Below are positions 1 to 11,718 of a stretch of 64,000 nt of DNA, piece after piece. Where the stretch lies: NCBI GenBank assembly GCA_964234715.1, contig OZ174291.1. One strand, given 5' to 3'. The notes below the pieces were generated by a model. The model did not search any database. It saw only the letters and a program-made list of their open reading frames with translations, and had not been told where the DNA came from. A program made the position numbers and the translations under genes. Each line of letters begins with the position of its first letter. Position 1 is the stretch's first letter. This DNA is from Podarcis melisellensis (taxonomy: Eukaryota).

Positions 1-112
1 AGCTGGGACCGAGCAACAGGAGCTCACCCCGTCACGGGGATTCGAACCACCAACCTTCTGATCGGCAAGTCCTAGGCTCTGTGGTTTAACCCACAGCGCC
101 ACCCAGGTCCCT
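1..112 (-). mobile_element. Sauria-type SINE, 5' portion (truncated by window edge)
   Basis: Near-identical to the corresponding part of the 29059-29413 copy, including the tRNA-like B box GGTTCGAATCCC on -. Confidence 0.85.
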
Positions 113-558
113 GCATATTTGGATAGGCTTGCCTTAAAAAGAAAAAAAGTTTTTAAGCTGTTGCTGGAGAGGTACCTGCCTCGAGTCAATAGGCAGGGAG
201 TTCCAAAGTTTGAGTGCTGCCACAATGAAAGATTTGAGTTTTTACAAATGTGTTGATTTTATTCAAATGTCTGGGACACGCTCACACAGCAGCAAACCCA
301 TTTCTAAATAAGGCTGTGCCTTTGCAAACACACTTCCCTCACCCCATCTCACCCCCCAAAAGCACAGGGGCCGATGGGTGTGTAGAGCAAGGATTGCCAA
401 CACGGTGCCCTCCAGTTTCTGCTGGGACCAGACTCCCATCCTCCCTGCCTATTGCCCATGCTGACTAGGGCTGCATTGGGAGCCCAGCCAGAGGATGGAG
501 GGCTCTACATTAGGTGTTCCTCATGTCGAAAGTGTTCTGAGTGCTTTCGTGCCGATAG

Positions 559-698
559 GAACCTGCGAGAATCATCGGATGGGTTCGCGGAGGAGATCAA
601 CTTCGAAGACTTCTTGACGATCATGTCCAATTTCAGGCCCATCGAGATGGACATGGACGACGAGCAGCTCGATCGATTCCGGAAGAAGAAGCTAAAAT
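559..698 (+). CDS. TESC: Tescalcin internal coding exon ([47 protein letters not shown])
   Basis: Translation matches the recalled human TESC segment [29 protein letters not shown]...RKEKLR. Acceptor atag at 555-558, donor gtaagg at 699. 140 bp. Confidence 0.95.
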
Positions 699-1656
699 GT
701 AAGGTGCTCCCTTTTCTCGATCGAGTCTGTTGTTTTGTTGGCAGACAGGAGGATCGGTCTGCATGAACCCACTGTGTTCATGTTTAGCTGTAAAGAGTGT
801 GGTTCCCGGAGTTTCTCCCCTTCTTCCATGTCCACTGTGTGCCCTCCCATCTCCCACTTCAAAGCCATCTAGTGGAGAAACTTTTTTCCTATCAAGGGCC
901 ACATTTCGTTCTGGACAAATGAAGGTGCTTTGGATAAAGAGCTGATCCTGTACTTATTGAGAGCTGCCAGGATGGTTATTGTAGAAAGAGCTTTTAAAAG
1001 GAACTCTTTAGAGGGATTAAATAAGGATTTATAATACAGTCAGAATCTGGTCCATAGCTATTACGAAAAAATTAAGTCGAAGGTTAAGGTATACCAGAGG
1101 ATGCCCCTCCCCTCCTATCATTTTCAACCAGGGGGTAAAAATTCATTTCATGACGGTGATAATGTTCAAAGGCCTTTGGCATTCAAGAATGCTCTTTGGC
1201 ATTCTTGGTGACTTTTCATCATCAAGAGAGAACATCATAAGCCCTTGAGGACAATATCCCAAGATTTATAAGTAAAGCAAATCCTATATTTTAAGAAAGA
1301 ATATGCTACTATGCTCCAGTATCAGTAATTGCCTCCCCCATGGGCTATGAGTGAGATGACCCACATTTTTGGTCCGTGTGTGTTTAATTTTCATTTGCAT
1401 TCAAGCTGTGGTTATTTTTGTAAGTCATTAAATTATATGTTCTTGATTTTGCACACATGCACACAAACAACTTTCCCCTGCCTACTGGCTACAAGAACTC
1501 TGTTGGTGTTTGATACAGTCCCTGATTTGATCTGTTAGGCTCAGTTACTATTGTGCGGGGTAAATATGGGCTTTGAATGAATTTATTTCACGCATAGCAC
1601 TGTGCTTTTAAGCTGTTTACTGCTGACCCTAATTTATTTTGCCTTCTCTCCCCTAG

Positions 1657-1718
1657 TTCTTTTCCACATGTACGATGCAGACAGTGACGGCAAGATCACT
1701 CTGCAGGAATACAGGAAT
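1657..1718 (+). CDS. TESC: Tescalcin exon carrying the EF-hand loop ([21 protein letters not shown])
   Basis: Canonical DxDxDGxIxxxE EF-hand. ccctag acceptor and gtaatg donor. Phase matches the previous exon. Confidence 0.96.
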
Positions 1719-1723
1719 GTAAT

Positions 1724-1724
<1 letters not shown>

Positions 1725-1769
<45 letters not shown>
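1725..1769. repeat. (TAT)n microsatellite in a short TESC intron
   Basis: Directly visible. Other microsatellites at 19317 (ATT), 48203 (CT/CA), 50062 (GT), 53293 (CT). Confidence 0.95.
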
Positions 1770-1770
<1 letters not shown>

Positions 1771-1859
1771 TGGGCATCCCACTCGTTTAACTGCACTTTC
1801 AATGACCCGGCACCGCTCCTCCTCCTCCAACCAGTTTGCAACTTGCTTCTGCCCTCCAG

Positions 1860-1967
1860 ATTGTGCAAGAGATGCTTTCGGGGAACCCCCACCTGGATAA
1901 GGAATCGGCGAGGTCCATCGCAGACGGAGCCATGATGGAGGCTGCCAGCATCTGCGTGGGGCAAATG
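1860..1967 (+). CDS. TESC: Tescalcin exon ([36 protein letters not shown])
   Basis: Near-identical to human [36 protein letters not shown]. ctccag / gtaggc boundaries. Confidence 0.96.
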
Positions 1968-2480
1968 GTAGGCTGAGCGCAACGCTGCAGATGACCAGCA
2001 CACAGTCATTCCGAGGCAAGGAAGGGATGTAGCTCAGTGGTAGAGCATCTGCTTGCCTGCAGGAGGTCCCAGGTTCATTCCACATCTCCAGATAGTGCTT
2101 GGAAAGATGGGGGGATGGAGAGGTACAAAGCAGGTTTGAACTCCCCAGACACCCGCTGATGCTATTCCGCTGTGTGTCTCTCTGCCCCCACACCTGACAT
2201 CAGGTGTGTGGCATGTGGCTGTGTTTCAGGGGGAAAAAATGGACTGGTGGGCCAAGTTTGGCCCAGATTCCCCACCCATTTTAATGTTGAATTGTGTTTT
2301 TCCTCGATTGTGCATTAAGGTTGTGCTGTAAGCCCTTTTAGGAAAACGTCGCCCTTAAGAATGGCATGTAGGTTTTCGCTTTGAGTCAAGAAGTAAGAGC
2401 CCTCCGTTTTTTCTCAGAACGCCTCCTCTGCCCTCAATAGACTTTCACTGCTCGACGTAATGTTTCTGTTCTTGTTGCAG

Positions 2481-2528
2481 GAGCCGGATCAAGTATATGA
2501 GGGAATCACATTTGAAGACTTCCTTAAG
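2481..2528 (+). CDS. TESC: Tescalcin exon (EPDQVYEGITFEDFLK)
   Basis: Identical to the recalled human peptide. ttgcag / gttaga boundaries. 48 bp. Confidence 0.95.
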
Positions 2529-3142
2529 GTTAGAAAGGATGCTCACCCTATTGCTTGGTGGAAGTGATGGAGACCAACCTGTGGGAGGGGCGGGGGCAGG
2601 GGGGGAGGGACACAGTGCTAGGCTTTCTGTTACCTCTAAAATTGGATCTTGTTTTACAGGTTTAAATTGCCTTAACCCTGATTAATATGTTTTTATATTG
2701 CTGTTTCATTGGTTTTAGGCTGCATTTTAATGATATTTTCCCCTGTTTAAAAATTGCACATTGAGAGATTTTATAAACATTAAGGTGTCATATAAATGCT
2801 TCTAAATAAGAAAAGTGGGAGAAGTATCCTGACAGCAAGAACTGTTTGAGGAAGGACCTGTTACTTGGGGGCAGATTGGGGGAGCCTTCCCCACCAGAGA
2901 CCTTTGGTCCGTTTGGGATGCTTCAGATTTCTTGCATCAGACAAGGGCAGGGAAAGGTTTGACTGGCTTGCTTACAAGACTATTCCCCTCCAGCTCTATG
3001 ACTCAAGTGCACTCATAAGCGTAGCAGATGCCCAATCTGCAGCTTATCGACAACAGACCTTAGTTTGTGGCCTGCAGCATTAAAAGGGCCCCTAACCTGT
3101 ACTCGTGGCTCAAGCTTGCTTTCGTTGCCTCTCCACTGGCAG

Positions 3143-3220
3143 ATCTGGGAAGGGATAGACATCGAGACCAAGATGCACGTTCGCTTCCTGACCATGGAGC
3201 CGATTGCGATGTGCTACTGA
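3143..3220 (+). CDS. TESC: Tescalcin last coding exon ([25 protein letters not shown])
   Basis: Matches human [25 protein letters not shown]. tggcag acceptor, TGA at 3218-3220. Confidence 0.95.
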   Translation: MWEGIDIETKMHVRFLTMEPIAMCY

Positions 3221-3447
3221 CCACGGAGAAGCTGGGACTGAGGTGTTGGTGCCTTCTGGAGCGACCTGGGACGGAAACCGTCAGGCGGTCGATACGGGTA
3301 TTAAGGGGGAACTGCATCTCCCATGGCTGGGGCAGTTTTTTTGCAGGGGGGCGGTGCAGGTTTTAGGAGTTGATGTGCCTGGCTTTGGCTTTACAGCTAT
3401 TTTCTCTCTCTTGTCTACACTAAAAAGCCTCATAGCCTCAAATCATC

Positions 3448-3453
3448 AATAAA
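3448..3453 (+). terminator. Probable TESC polyadenylation signal AATAAA
   Basis: First AATAAA after the stop, about 230 nt downstream, followed by a GT/T-rich tract. Confidence 0.65.
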
Positions 3454-4276
3454 GAAGGTTTTGTTTTTAATTCTTGGCAGAAGCTTGTTTACTTGTGGAT
3501 CCTGTGATCAGATACAGTCATGGGACTCAACTTTTCAAAAACTGGGTGCTCTACTTGACCAAGGGTGAGGAATCAGATCCAGATTATCTTGCATCTATCT
3601 ACTATTTATATATATTGGAAAGTGATTTCTGTCTGTTGTCTTAAAATATTGTTACTGAACTTGGTGTGAGGGTTCCCAGGGCAGGGGCAGTGCTCTCTGT
3701 TGACTTTTGCAAGCTAGCCACTATTTTGAACCAAGATGGGGGACTGAAACATGACTTTGGCATGACTTCACCTGTTCTTTGGCATAGGCTTGACTGCCAC
3801 TCAGGATATCATTCCTAAGATTTGGCATGGGGCTCTTTGTTGACATTTGATTGCCAGGTGCCATTTTGAATCAAGATGGCAAACGAAAAACGTGACTTTG
3901 GATTCATTGCTCCGAAAATCGAGGGAAGTCATGTGCCAAACTCACAAATTACACCATCCATTGGGGGGGTGGTTCTACAAAATCCTGGGCAGTCCAAGCA
4001 CTCTTAGCTAATTGTGAAATAAAACTGGAGAAACAGGCCCCAAGGAACATGGGATGCCCTGTGTAGCATTAAACATGCCACTTTGTTATTCCCAGTTGGT
4101 ACGGTTATATTTATATCCACTAAATCACATACCAAAGAATTCACAACATTAAAACAATAGAATGCATACGGTAAAAGCACAGGAAAGAATTTAAAAGCAA
4201 AAAAAGTTTAAAAACAAGCACCAATAAACCATTGTAGGAGATGTGGTTGAGTCTAATATACCAAGGTACCCTGGTA

Positions 4277-4282
4277 TTTAAT
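4277..4282 (-). terminator. Candidate FBXW8 polyadenylation signal ATTAAA
   Basis: tttaat on +, about 630 nt past the FBXW8 stop. Variant hexamer; not confirmed. Confidence 0.3.
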
Positions 4283-4915
4283 TTTAACAAATCTTATTTC
4301 TTTACATCATCATCATCATCAATAGAAAAGGTTGTTTGTTTGTTTGTGTAAATATGTCCAGAAGCATGTTATAACTTCCTAAGTGTGTTTCAAGGGCTAT
4401 CTGACATCCTGGGAGGAAATGGTAAGTGATTTACACACGCTTTCAAGAGGCCCTGTAGTTTACTTGCTATCTCACTGGTCGTGGTCCCAGCCATCATGTT
4501 CTCCAGCCCCATAGAGTAACCTAAAAGATCAGGCCTGGGCCCAAGGTTAGGAAGTCCAGTCTCTCTACCTGCTTGGCTCCCTGTTTTAACTCCTCCCTTC
4601 TGCTCCTGCTCTTCTTCCTCCTCTGGTCCTGAGTCACTTTGGGCCAGCACTTCTCCATTCCTACTGTGGCAGGCCTGGGTTTTACAAAGCTCTGCACCCT
4701 GCCCGCTGCATCCGCTCCATCCCTCGTCGTCCTCTGCCTCGCTGCATCCAGGTGGGTTTTAGGGGGCGTCACCCAGGATCATCTTCGCATTCTCCTCCAT
4801 GAGTTCCTGCGGCAGCCGCTGCTGTGACCCAAACACCTTCCTGTGGACGTGGGCACCGTCCTTCCTGCTCCACGTTGGTCGGCCTTTGATCAGCACCTCT
4901 TACTTCCCACCGCAG

Positions 4916-5060
4916 CTAGATGTTGTCGTAGGGGACCGCCAGGCCAATATTGTAGTTGTAGCCTGTTGTTTCGTTGTAAGAGGAGCGGCAGATAGGAAGG
5001 ATGCTCTCTGCAGCCAGCTGGTCCACCGAGAACTCATACGCATAGATGATTCCTCGATGT
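4916..5060 (-). CDS. FBXW8: FBXW8 last coding exon (RHRGIIYAYEFSVDQLAAESILPICRSSYNETTGYNYNIGLAVPYDNI*)
   Basis: Matches the human C-terminus HRGLIRAYEFAVDQLAFQSPLPVCRSS...LALAFPYNHV. aatcag acceptor, TAG stop at 4918-4916. Confidence 0.94.
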
Positions 5061-5540
5061 CTGATTTGGGGAGAGAATAATAATAATAATAATAAATTTT
5101 TATTTATACCCCGCCCTCCCCAACCAAGACATAATTAGCATGCATATTATTGTTGTTGTTGTTGTTATTGTTGTTATTATTATTAGGACTCCTTAGTCAC
5201 CTGTTACCTAGAAACTCCAAGCAACTTAGATTGACAAAACATAAACATAACCGCATTATACCATTGTGGGAAAAAGGAGCACAACATTCATTTCATTTGT
5301 ATACTGGCCTTCATCCAAAGATCACAGGGAAGTCCACAGCGTAAAAATACAAAATAAAAACACAAAATATGCAATAAAACAAAAGCAGAACAAAACAATA
5401 TCCCGCCCCCCCACAGACACATTTAAAAGGTCACAGAAGGTTAAATCAGCCTAATGCTCGATTGAAGAGAAGTGTTCTCGCTTGGTGCCTAAATATTTTT
5501 TGGTGGGAGGGGGCAAGCCTCCATATGAAACATTAACATA

Positions 5541-7533
5541 CAGTGGTGCCTCGCAAGACGAAATTAATTCGTTCCGCAAGTCTCTTCGTCTTGCGAGTTT
5601 TTCGTCTTGCGATGCACGGTTTTCCATAGGAATGCATTGAAAATCAATTAATGCGTTCCTATGGAAAAAGCCTTCCCCTGACCTCTTCTGGCGGGCGGCA
5701 TTTTAAAATCGCCCGGGACAGCGGAGGACTTCTCCGCTGTCCGGGGCGATTTAAAAGCCCCTGGGAAGGCAGGCAGGGGGGACAAAGGCTTTCCCGCCCG
5801 GCCGCCCGGCTTCGGGACATCGTTCCGATGCCGGGCGGCTGGGGGAGGCTTTCCTGCCCCACCGCCCGGCATCGGGACGATGCCCCGATGCCGGGCGGCT
5901 GGGGGAGGCGTTCCTGCCCCACCGCCCGGCATCGGGACGATGCCCCGATGCCGGGCGGCTGGGGGAGGCTTTCCTGCCCCACCGCCCGGCATCGGGACGA
6001 TGCCCCGAAGCCGGGCGGGGGGGGGAGGCTTTCCCGCCCGGCCGCCCGGCTTCGGGACATCGTTCCGATGCCGGGCGGCTGGGGGAGGCTTTCCTGCCCC
6101 ACCGCCCGGCATCGGGACGATGCCCCGAAGCCGGGCGGCTGGGGGAGGCGTTCCTGCCCCACCGCCCGGCATCGGGACGATGCCCCGATGCCGGGCGGCT
6201 GGGGGAGGCCTTCCTGCCCCACCGCCCGGCATTGGGACGATGCCCCGAAGCCGGGCGGGGGGGGAGGCTTTCCCGCCCGGCCGCCCGGCTTCGGGACATC
6301 GTTCCGATGCCGGGCGGCTGGGGGAGGCTTTCCTGCCCCACCGCCCGGCATCGGGACGATGCCCCGAAGCCGGGCGGCTGGGGGAGGCGTTCCTGCCCCA
6401 CCGCCCGGCATCGGGACGATGCCCCGATGCCGGGCGGCTGGGGGAGGCGTTCCTGCCCCACCGCCCGGCATCGGGACGATGCCCCGATGCCGGGCGGCTG
6501 GGGGAGGCTTTCCTGCCCCACCGCCCGGCATCGGGACGATGCCCCGAAGCCGGGCGGGGGGGAGGCTTTCCCGCCCGGCCGCCCGGCTTCGGGACATCGT
6601 TCCGATGCCGGGCGGCTGGGGGAGGCTTTCCTGCCCCACCGCCCGGCATCGGGACGATGCCCCGAAGCCGGGCGGCTGGGGGAGGCGTTCCTGCCCCACC
6701 GCCCGGCATCGGGACGATGCCCCGAAGCCGGGCGGGGGGGGGGAGGCTTTCCCGCCCGGCCGCCCGGCTTCGGGACATCGTTCCGATGCCGGGCGGCTGG
6801 GGGAGGCTTTCCTGCCCCACCGCCCGGCATCGGGACGATGCCCCGAAGCCGGGCGGCTGGGGGAGGCGTTCCTGCCCCACCGCCCGGCATCGGGATGATG
6901 CCCCGAAGCCGGGCGGGGGGGGGGAGGCTTTCCCGCCCGGCCGCCCGGCTTCGGGACATCGTTCCGATGCCGGGCGGCTGGGGGAGGCTTTCCTGCCCCA
7001 CCGCCCGGCATCGGGACGATGCCCCGAAGCCGGGCGGCTGGGGGAGGCGTTCCTGCCCCACCGCCCGGCATCGGGATGATGCCCCGAAGCCGGGCGGGGG
7101 GGGAGGCTTCAAAAGCCGTCCGGGGGCTTTTAAATCGCCCCGGACAGTCCCGGGGCGATTTAAAAGCCCCCGGTTAGGCAGGCAGGGGGGGCAAAAGTCT
7201 TTGCCCCCCCTGCCTGCCTTCAAAAGCCGTCCGGGATAGCGGGAAGCGCTTCCCTGCTATCCCGGACCGCTTTTAAAATGCTGGCGGTGGGGAGCAAAGC
7301 CTTTCGCCCCCGCCGGCCTTCCTGGACCTCTTCTGAAGTCCGGAGGGGGGGGAAGGCTTTGCTCCCCACCGCCAGCATTTAAAAAAAGGTCCCCGAGATT
7401 TCCCTATGGGCTTTCGTCTTGCGATGCAAGCCCATAGGGAAAATCGTCTAGCGAAGCGTCGCAAAAACCGAAAAACCCTTTCGTCTTGCGGGTTTTTCGT
7501 CTTGCGAGGCATTCGTCTAGCGGGGCACCACTG
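5541..7533. mobile_element. Non-autonomous Tc1/mariner-pogo (Tigger-like) DNA transposon with an internal tandem array
   Basis: Terminal inverted repeats CAGTGGTGCCTCGCAAGACGAA / TTCGTCTAGCGGGGCACCACTG, TA on both flanks. A shorter sister copy lies at 30146. Confidence 0.9.
5788..7105. repeat. GC-rich ~60-bp minisatellite, 22 units in a higher-order pattern
   Basis: Unit A ggctttcctgccccaccgcccggcatcgggacgatgccccgatgccgggcggctggggga and unit B with cttcgggacatcgttccga. Order B-AAA-B-AAA-B-AAAA-B-AA-B-AA-B-AA. Confidence 0.95.
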
Positions 7534-8131
7534 TATTACCGTAATACAGAAACAAACACATCCTCATTTATTTATTTTTTATTATTATTACTGAATATAT
7601 TGATGGTCTTTTTACCAAGGTAACTGTGAGCAACTTAGACAAAAATCTAAAAGACAGTCCCAAAACATCCCACCACTCAAGGAGGCCACAGATGATTAAG
7701 AGCCAAAGGCCTGGCCAAAAAAAGAAATATTTTTGCCCGGAGCCTAAAGGGGATGGTGACGCCTGGCCACAGAAAGCTTTTGCAGCACAGGTACTATGGG
7801 ACAGATTCGGCTCAGTCCCCCAAAGGCCATGGGGAAGAAAGGCAAGTCTTTATCCGAGACTGAAAAGTTCCCAGGAGACCTCACTAGAGAGACCATCCCA
7901 TAGATGGGGAGCCATAGCTGAAAGGCCCTTCATAGGCAATTCCACATGAACTGGACTGTCCACAGGGTGGTCAATCCAGAATGGCTGCAGTCATTATTCC
8001 CGTCAACTCTATTAACCCTCCCACCTCAGTTTTGAGCATTCAGGGGCGTGGCCCACTCGCATTTCCTGCTTCTCAGACTCTTAGCCCTCTTTCTGCTTAG
8101 TCAAACTGCTCCCCCTGTGGTTGGTTCTTAC

Positions 8132-8248
8132 CTTCGATGAGCAGTCAGGTCATCATCCATGATGCTGGCGCCTCGGGGAACCTTCTCGTCAGGGATATTG
8201 GCGGTGATGAGGCTGTGGCTGTTGAACCAGATGTGGCGGACAGGGTGC
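8132..8248 (-). CDS. FBXW8: FBXW8 exon 10 (HPVRHIWFNSHSLITANIPDEKVPRGASIMDDDLTAHRR)
   Basis: Matches human HPVQHISFSSHSLITANVP. ctccag / gtaaga boundaries. 117 bp, in phase. Confidence 0.94.
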
Positions 8249-9000
8249 CTGGAGGGAAAAAGGAATGTTGTTGGTGTTTCTGTTTAATTTTTTTTTTAAA
8301 AAATCTTAAAGGGAGTCACGATTAACATTTCTAAATATGACGTGCAAGTTCTTTTAATAGTTTCTCTCCCCACCCCCACTGTTAGAAATGTATTGTCATT
8401 AAAATGCAGAGTTGATTGGAACAAAACTCTACACCCACACACACATGAAAATGCCAAGTGAAAAAAAAATGAATTTCCATGCACAAATGACAACATGAAT
8501 GTTGCATTAGCAAGGGGTGCAGGGAACTGCCCAATATTCATAGCAAAATCAACGTTTGTTATCTGTGCATCTAAACTCAATTCTCTCATTTGCGGGCGGA
8601 TTTCCTATGGATACAAAATCAACACGCAATGATCCATATGACCGCACTGAACGATTTGTCTTTTTTTCCACTTTTGAAAAGTAGGCTTGTCTCCAACAAA
8701 GCCATATTCAAGAGTAGACCTACTGAAACCAACGGCCTTGCATAAATTGTGTCTGCTAACTTCAACAGGTCTACTCAGAGAAACAAACCTGGTGCCCTCC
8801 AGAGGTTTTGGTCCAGAACTCAGGCTAATGGGAATTGCAATCCAAAAATATCTGGCAGGCAACCAGGTGGCGCTGGTCATTCCAAAAGTTTCCATTTGCT
8901 GCTTTTTCTTGTTTTGAGTTAAATGGGTCAGTCCAGTGCAGTGGCACTGGAGGGGAAGGGGAGAGAAGGGGGTGGGTCTCCATTCAAGCCAATAATAATA

Positions 9001-9225
9001 CAGTGGTACCTTGGGTTAAGTACTTAATTCGTTCTGGAGGTCCGTTCTTAACCTGAAGCACCACTTTAGCTAATGGGGCCTTCCACTGCTGCCGCGCCGC
9101 TGGAGCACAATTTCTGTTCTCATCCTGAAGCAAAGTTCTTACCCTGAGGTACTATTTCTGGGTTAGCGGAGTCTGTAACCTGAAGCGTATGTAACCTAAA
9201 GTGTATGTAACCTGAGGTACCACTG
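9001..9225. mobile_element. Tigger/pogo-like MITE (CAGTGGTACC TIR family)
   Basis: TA-CAGTGGTACCT...AGGTACCACTG-TA. Two further copies in the opposite orientation at 11499 and 14383. Confidence 0.85.
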
Positions 9226-9916
9226 TAATAGTATTTTTGCTTTTAGCACCACCCAATGGACAATTGCTGAAGTGCAGTCAGATTCCTGAAGCAGGGCAAG
9301 GGGAAAAGGCAGCTTCAGCAGATGCTCTGAGAGCCTCCAAGTGGTGCTGGACTCCGATTCCCATCAGCCCCAGGCAGCATGACCACGGATGATGGGAGAT
9401 GGAGTCCAACCTGGTTCCCCATACCTGACTTATCAGGGCTGGGGTTATACCTGGTGCTAGTCCTGCCCAGAGAAGAGCCACTTAAATTAATGGACGGAAA
9501 TCAGGCATCCAAGATCCTTTTAACCAGAGATGCCAGAAGCAGGAGTTAAAAGGTGCACTCGGGTATTTTATTATATTTGTAAAAAAATATTTAGATCCCA
9601 CTATTCCTGGATAGAGAAAAGAACCGCCACCCCTGAGCAGTTTGCCATTTATACATAAAGCCATACAACGAAAACCAGTGGCAAAGAGTTCTGCAGGACT
9701 GGGCTGATAACACTCAAGGCTTGGCTTCTAAATGAACCTCGCTGGCACTAGAAATCACCGAATCTGGGATGTAAGCATTCAAGCAGCCCCTGTAAGACAG
9801 GGCAATGCCACTGAGAGTGGAATTAACCATTTGGGAGTCCCAAAGCATGGAACTAGACAAATACATTTTTTCAAAATACATAACCACAGAGCAGCTGAGA
9901 CCATTTAACACTGGTC

Positions 9917-10360
9917 GTGAGAGACCTGCATTGGCTCCCAGTACGTTTTCAAGCACAATTCAAAGTGTTGGTGCTGACCTTTAAAGCCCTAAATGGCCTC
10001 GGCCCAGTATACCTGAAGGAGTGTCTCCACCCCCATGGTTCAGCCCAGACGCTGAGGTCCAGCTCTGAAGGCCTTCTGGCGGTTCCCTCCCTGCGAGAAG
10101 CGAGGTTACAGGGAACCAGGCAGAGGGCCTTCTCGGTAGTGGCGCCTGCCCTGTGGAACACCCTCTCATCAGATGACAAGGCAATAAGCAACTATCTGAC
10201 TTTTAGAAGACATATGAAGGTAGCCTTGTTTAGGAAAGCTTTAAATGCTTAATGCTGTATTGTGTTTTTAATATTCAGTTGGGAGCTGCCCAGAGTGGCT
10301 GGGGAGGCCTGGCCAGATGGGCGGGGTATAAGTAATAATTGATGATGATGATGATGATGA
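9917..10360 (+). mobile_element. L2/CR1-clade LINE 3' fragment (end of ORF2 plus 3' UTR)
   Basis: LHWLPVRFQAQFKVLVLTFKALNGLGP...RAFSVVAPALWN motif typical of L2 ORF2 C-termini; microsatellite tail. Confidence 0.85.
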
Positions 10361-10510
10361 CTGCAGTAGTCTCCCCTCACCAAAGCCCCACCTGCCCGCC
10401 TCCTTACTTAAAAGCGGGTGCTGCTGCTAGTCAGCCTCAGCGTTGCCCCTTAGGCAAGTACCCGCCTCCCTTGCTGTAATGGACCAGCCTCCACTGGCAG
10501 CTGACTTTAC

Positions 10511-10684
10511 CTGGCATGGATTTCCCAGAGCTTGGTGCCCATCCTCTGATCCCACACACAGACCAGGCCCTCTTCCCCTCCGCTGACGATCTTCCAGTCA
10601 TCCATCTGCACAGAAGAGACTCCCAGCTGGTGGCCGTAGAGGGAGCAAACGGAGGCGCTTATGCGGAGGTCGAAAACCCTCACC
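10511..10684 (-). CDS. FBXW8: FBXW8 exon 9, WD40 repeats (VRVFDLRISASVCSLYGHQLGVSSVQMDDWKIVSGGEEGLVCVWDQRMGTKLWEIHAR)
   Basis: Highly conserved VQMDDWKIVSGGEEGLV motif. tcttag / gtaaag boundaries. Confidence 0.96.
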
Positions 10685-11498
10685 CTAAGACAAAGACAGA
10701 AATGCAGTCAAGTCTCGTGTCACTGGCACAACCCCAAAAGAGATGGATCCAGCAAGATCTACTTGGAACCACGTTAGATTCCATACGTGCCGACAGCCAG
10801 CCTCTCTCACTAGTTGAGCCGTCTATGAGAGGCAGTGTGGTGCAGCGGTTAGAGTGCCAGAATTAAGACCTGGGAGAGCAAGGTTCAAATCCCCAAGTCG
10901 GCCACAAAGCCTGACCCACCTCGCAGGGTTATTATTGTGGGGATTAACTGAGGAAGGAGAGAGCCATGTACACAACCCTGAGCTCCTTGGAGGAAAAAGG
11001 TGGGATAGAAATGCCCTAAATGAAATGGATGCTTATACGTAAGAACACGGGACGAGCCCTGCCAGATCAGGCCAGTGGCCCATCTAGTAGCCAACCACAT
11101 GCCCATGGGAAGCCCACAAAGCAGGGCACAAGTGCAACAGTGCTCTCGGCTCCTGATTCGCAGCAACTGGCATTCAGCAACATGTTGCCTCTGAAAGTGG
11201 AAGTAGAACCCAGAATCACCATTGATAGTGTTAGCTGCTATGGGAGGGATTCCCAAAGTGCAGTCCACAGACCCCTTCATCCAGGTGGTCCGCAGCACAC
11301 CTGCAATTAAAAATCATGTAGCACCTAGGACAGCGCATGACAATTGCTACAAGAGGCAGAAGAATCCGTCAACAACCTCAGCAATTTTTAAGTGGGGGGA
11401 AATGGTTTGGGGACGGCTGCTCCAATTATTATTATTGTTATAAGTTCCCCACCCATCTGACTGCGTTTCCCCAGTCATTCTGGGTGGCTTCTAACATA

Positions 11499-11718
11499 CA
11501 GTGGTAGCTCGGGTTACAGATGCTTCAGGTTACAGGCACTTCAGGTTACAGACTCCTCTAACCCAAAAATAGTACCTTGGGTTAAGAACTTCAGGATGAG
11601 AACAGAAATCGTGCAGCGGTGGTGCAGCGGCAGTGGGAGGCCCCATTAGCTAAAGTGGTGCTTCAGGTTAAGAACGGACCTCCAGAACAAATTAAGTTCT
11701 TAACCCGAGGTACCACTG
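11499..11718. mobile_element. Tigger/pogo-like MITE, same family as 9001-9225
   Basis: TIRs, TA duplication and internal similarity to the 9001 copy (inverted). Confidence 0.85.

Noticed and set aside
1602-1790. Poly-Tyr / poly-Ile / poly-Asn ORFs
   Set aside because: Translations of the intronic (TAT)n microsatellite.
4760-4915. Coding-looking sequence after the FBXW8 stop (stop read-through)
   Set aside because: The stop aligns with the human C-terminus, the context is not the TGA-CTAG read-through motif, and there is no conservation evidence. Treated as 3' UTR.
5788-7105. CRISPR-like array of palindromic repeats
   Set aside because: No unique spacers, eukaryotic intron, no cas genes.
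5648-7239. Six long ORFs (335-490 aa) in all frames
   Set aside because: Artefact of a GC-rich tandem repeat almost devoid of stop codons, inside a TIR element. The translations are P/G/R/A repeats with no transposase.
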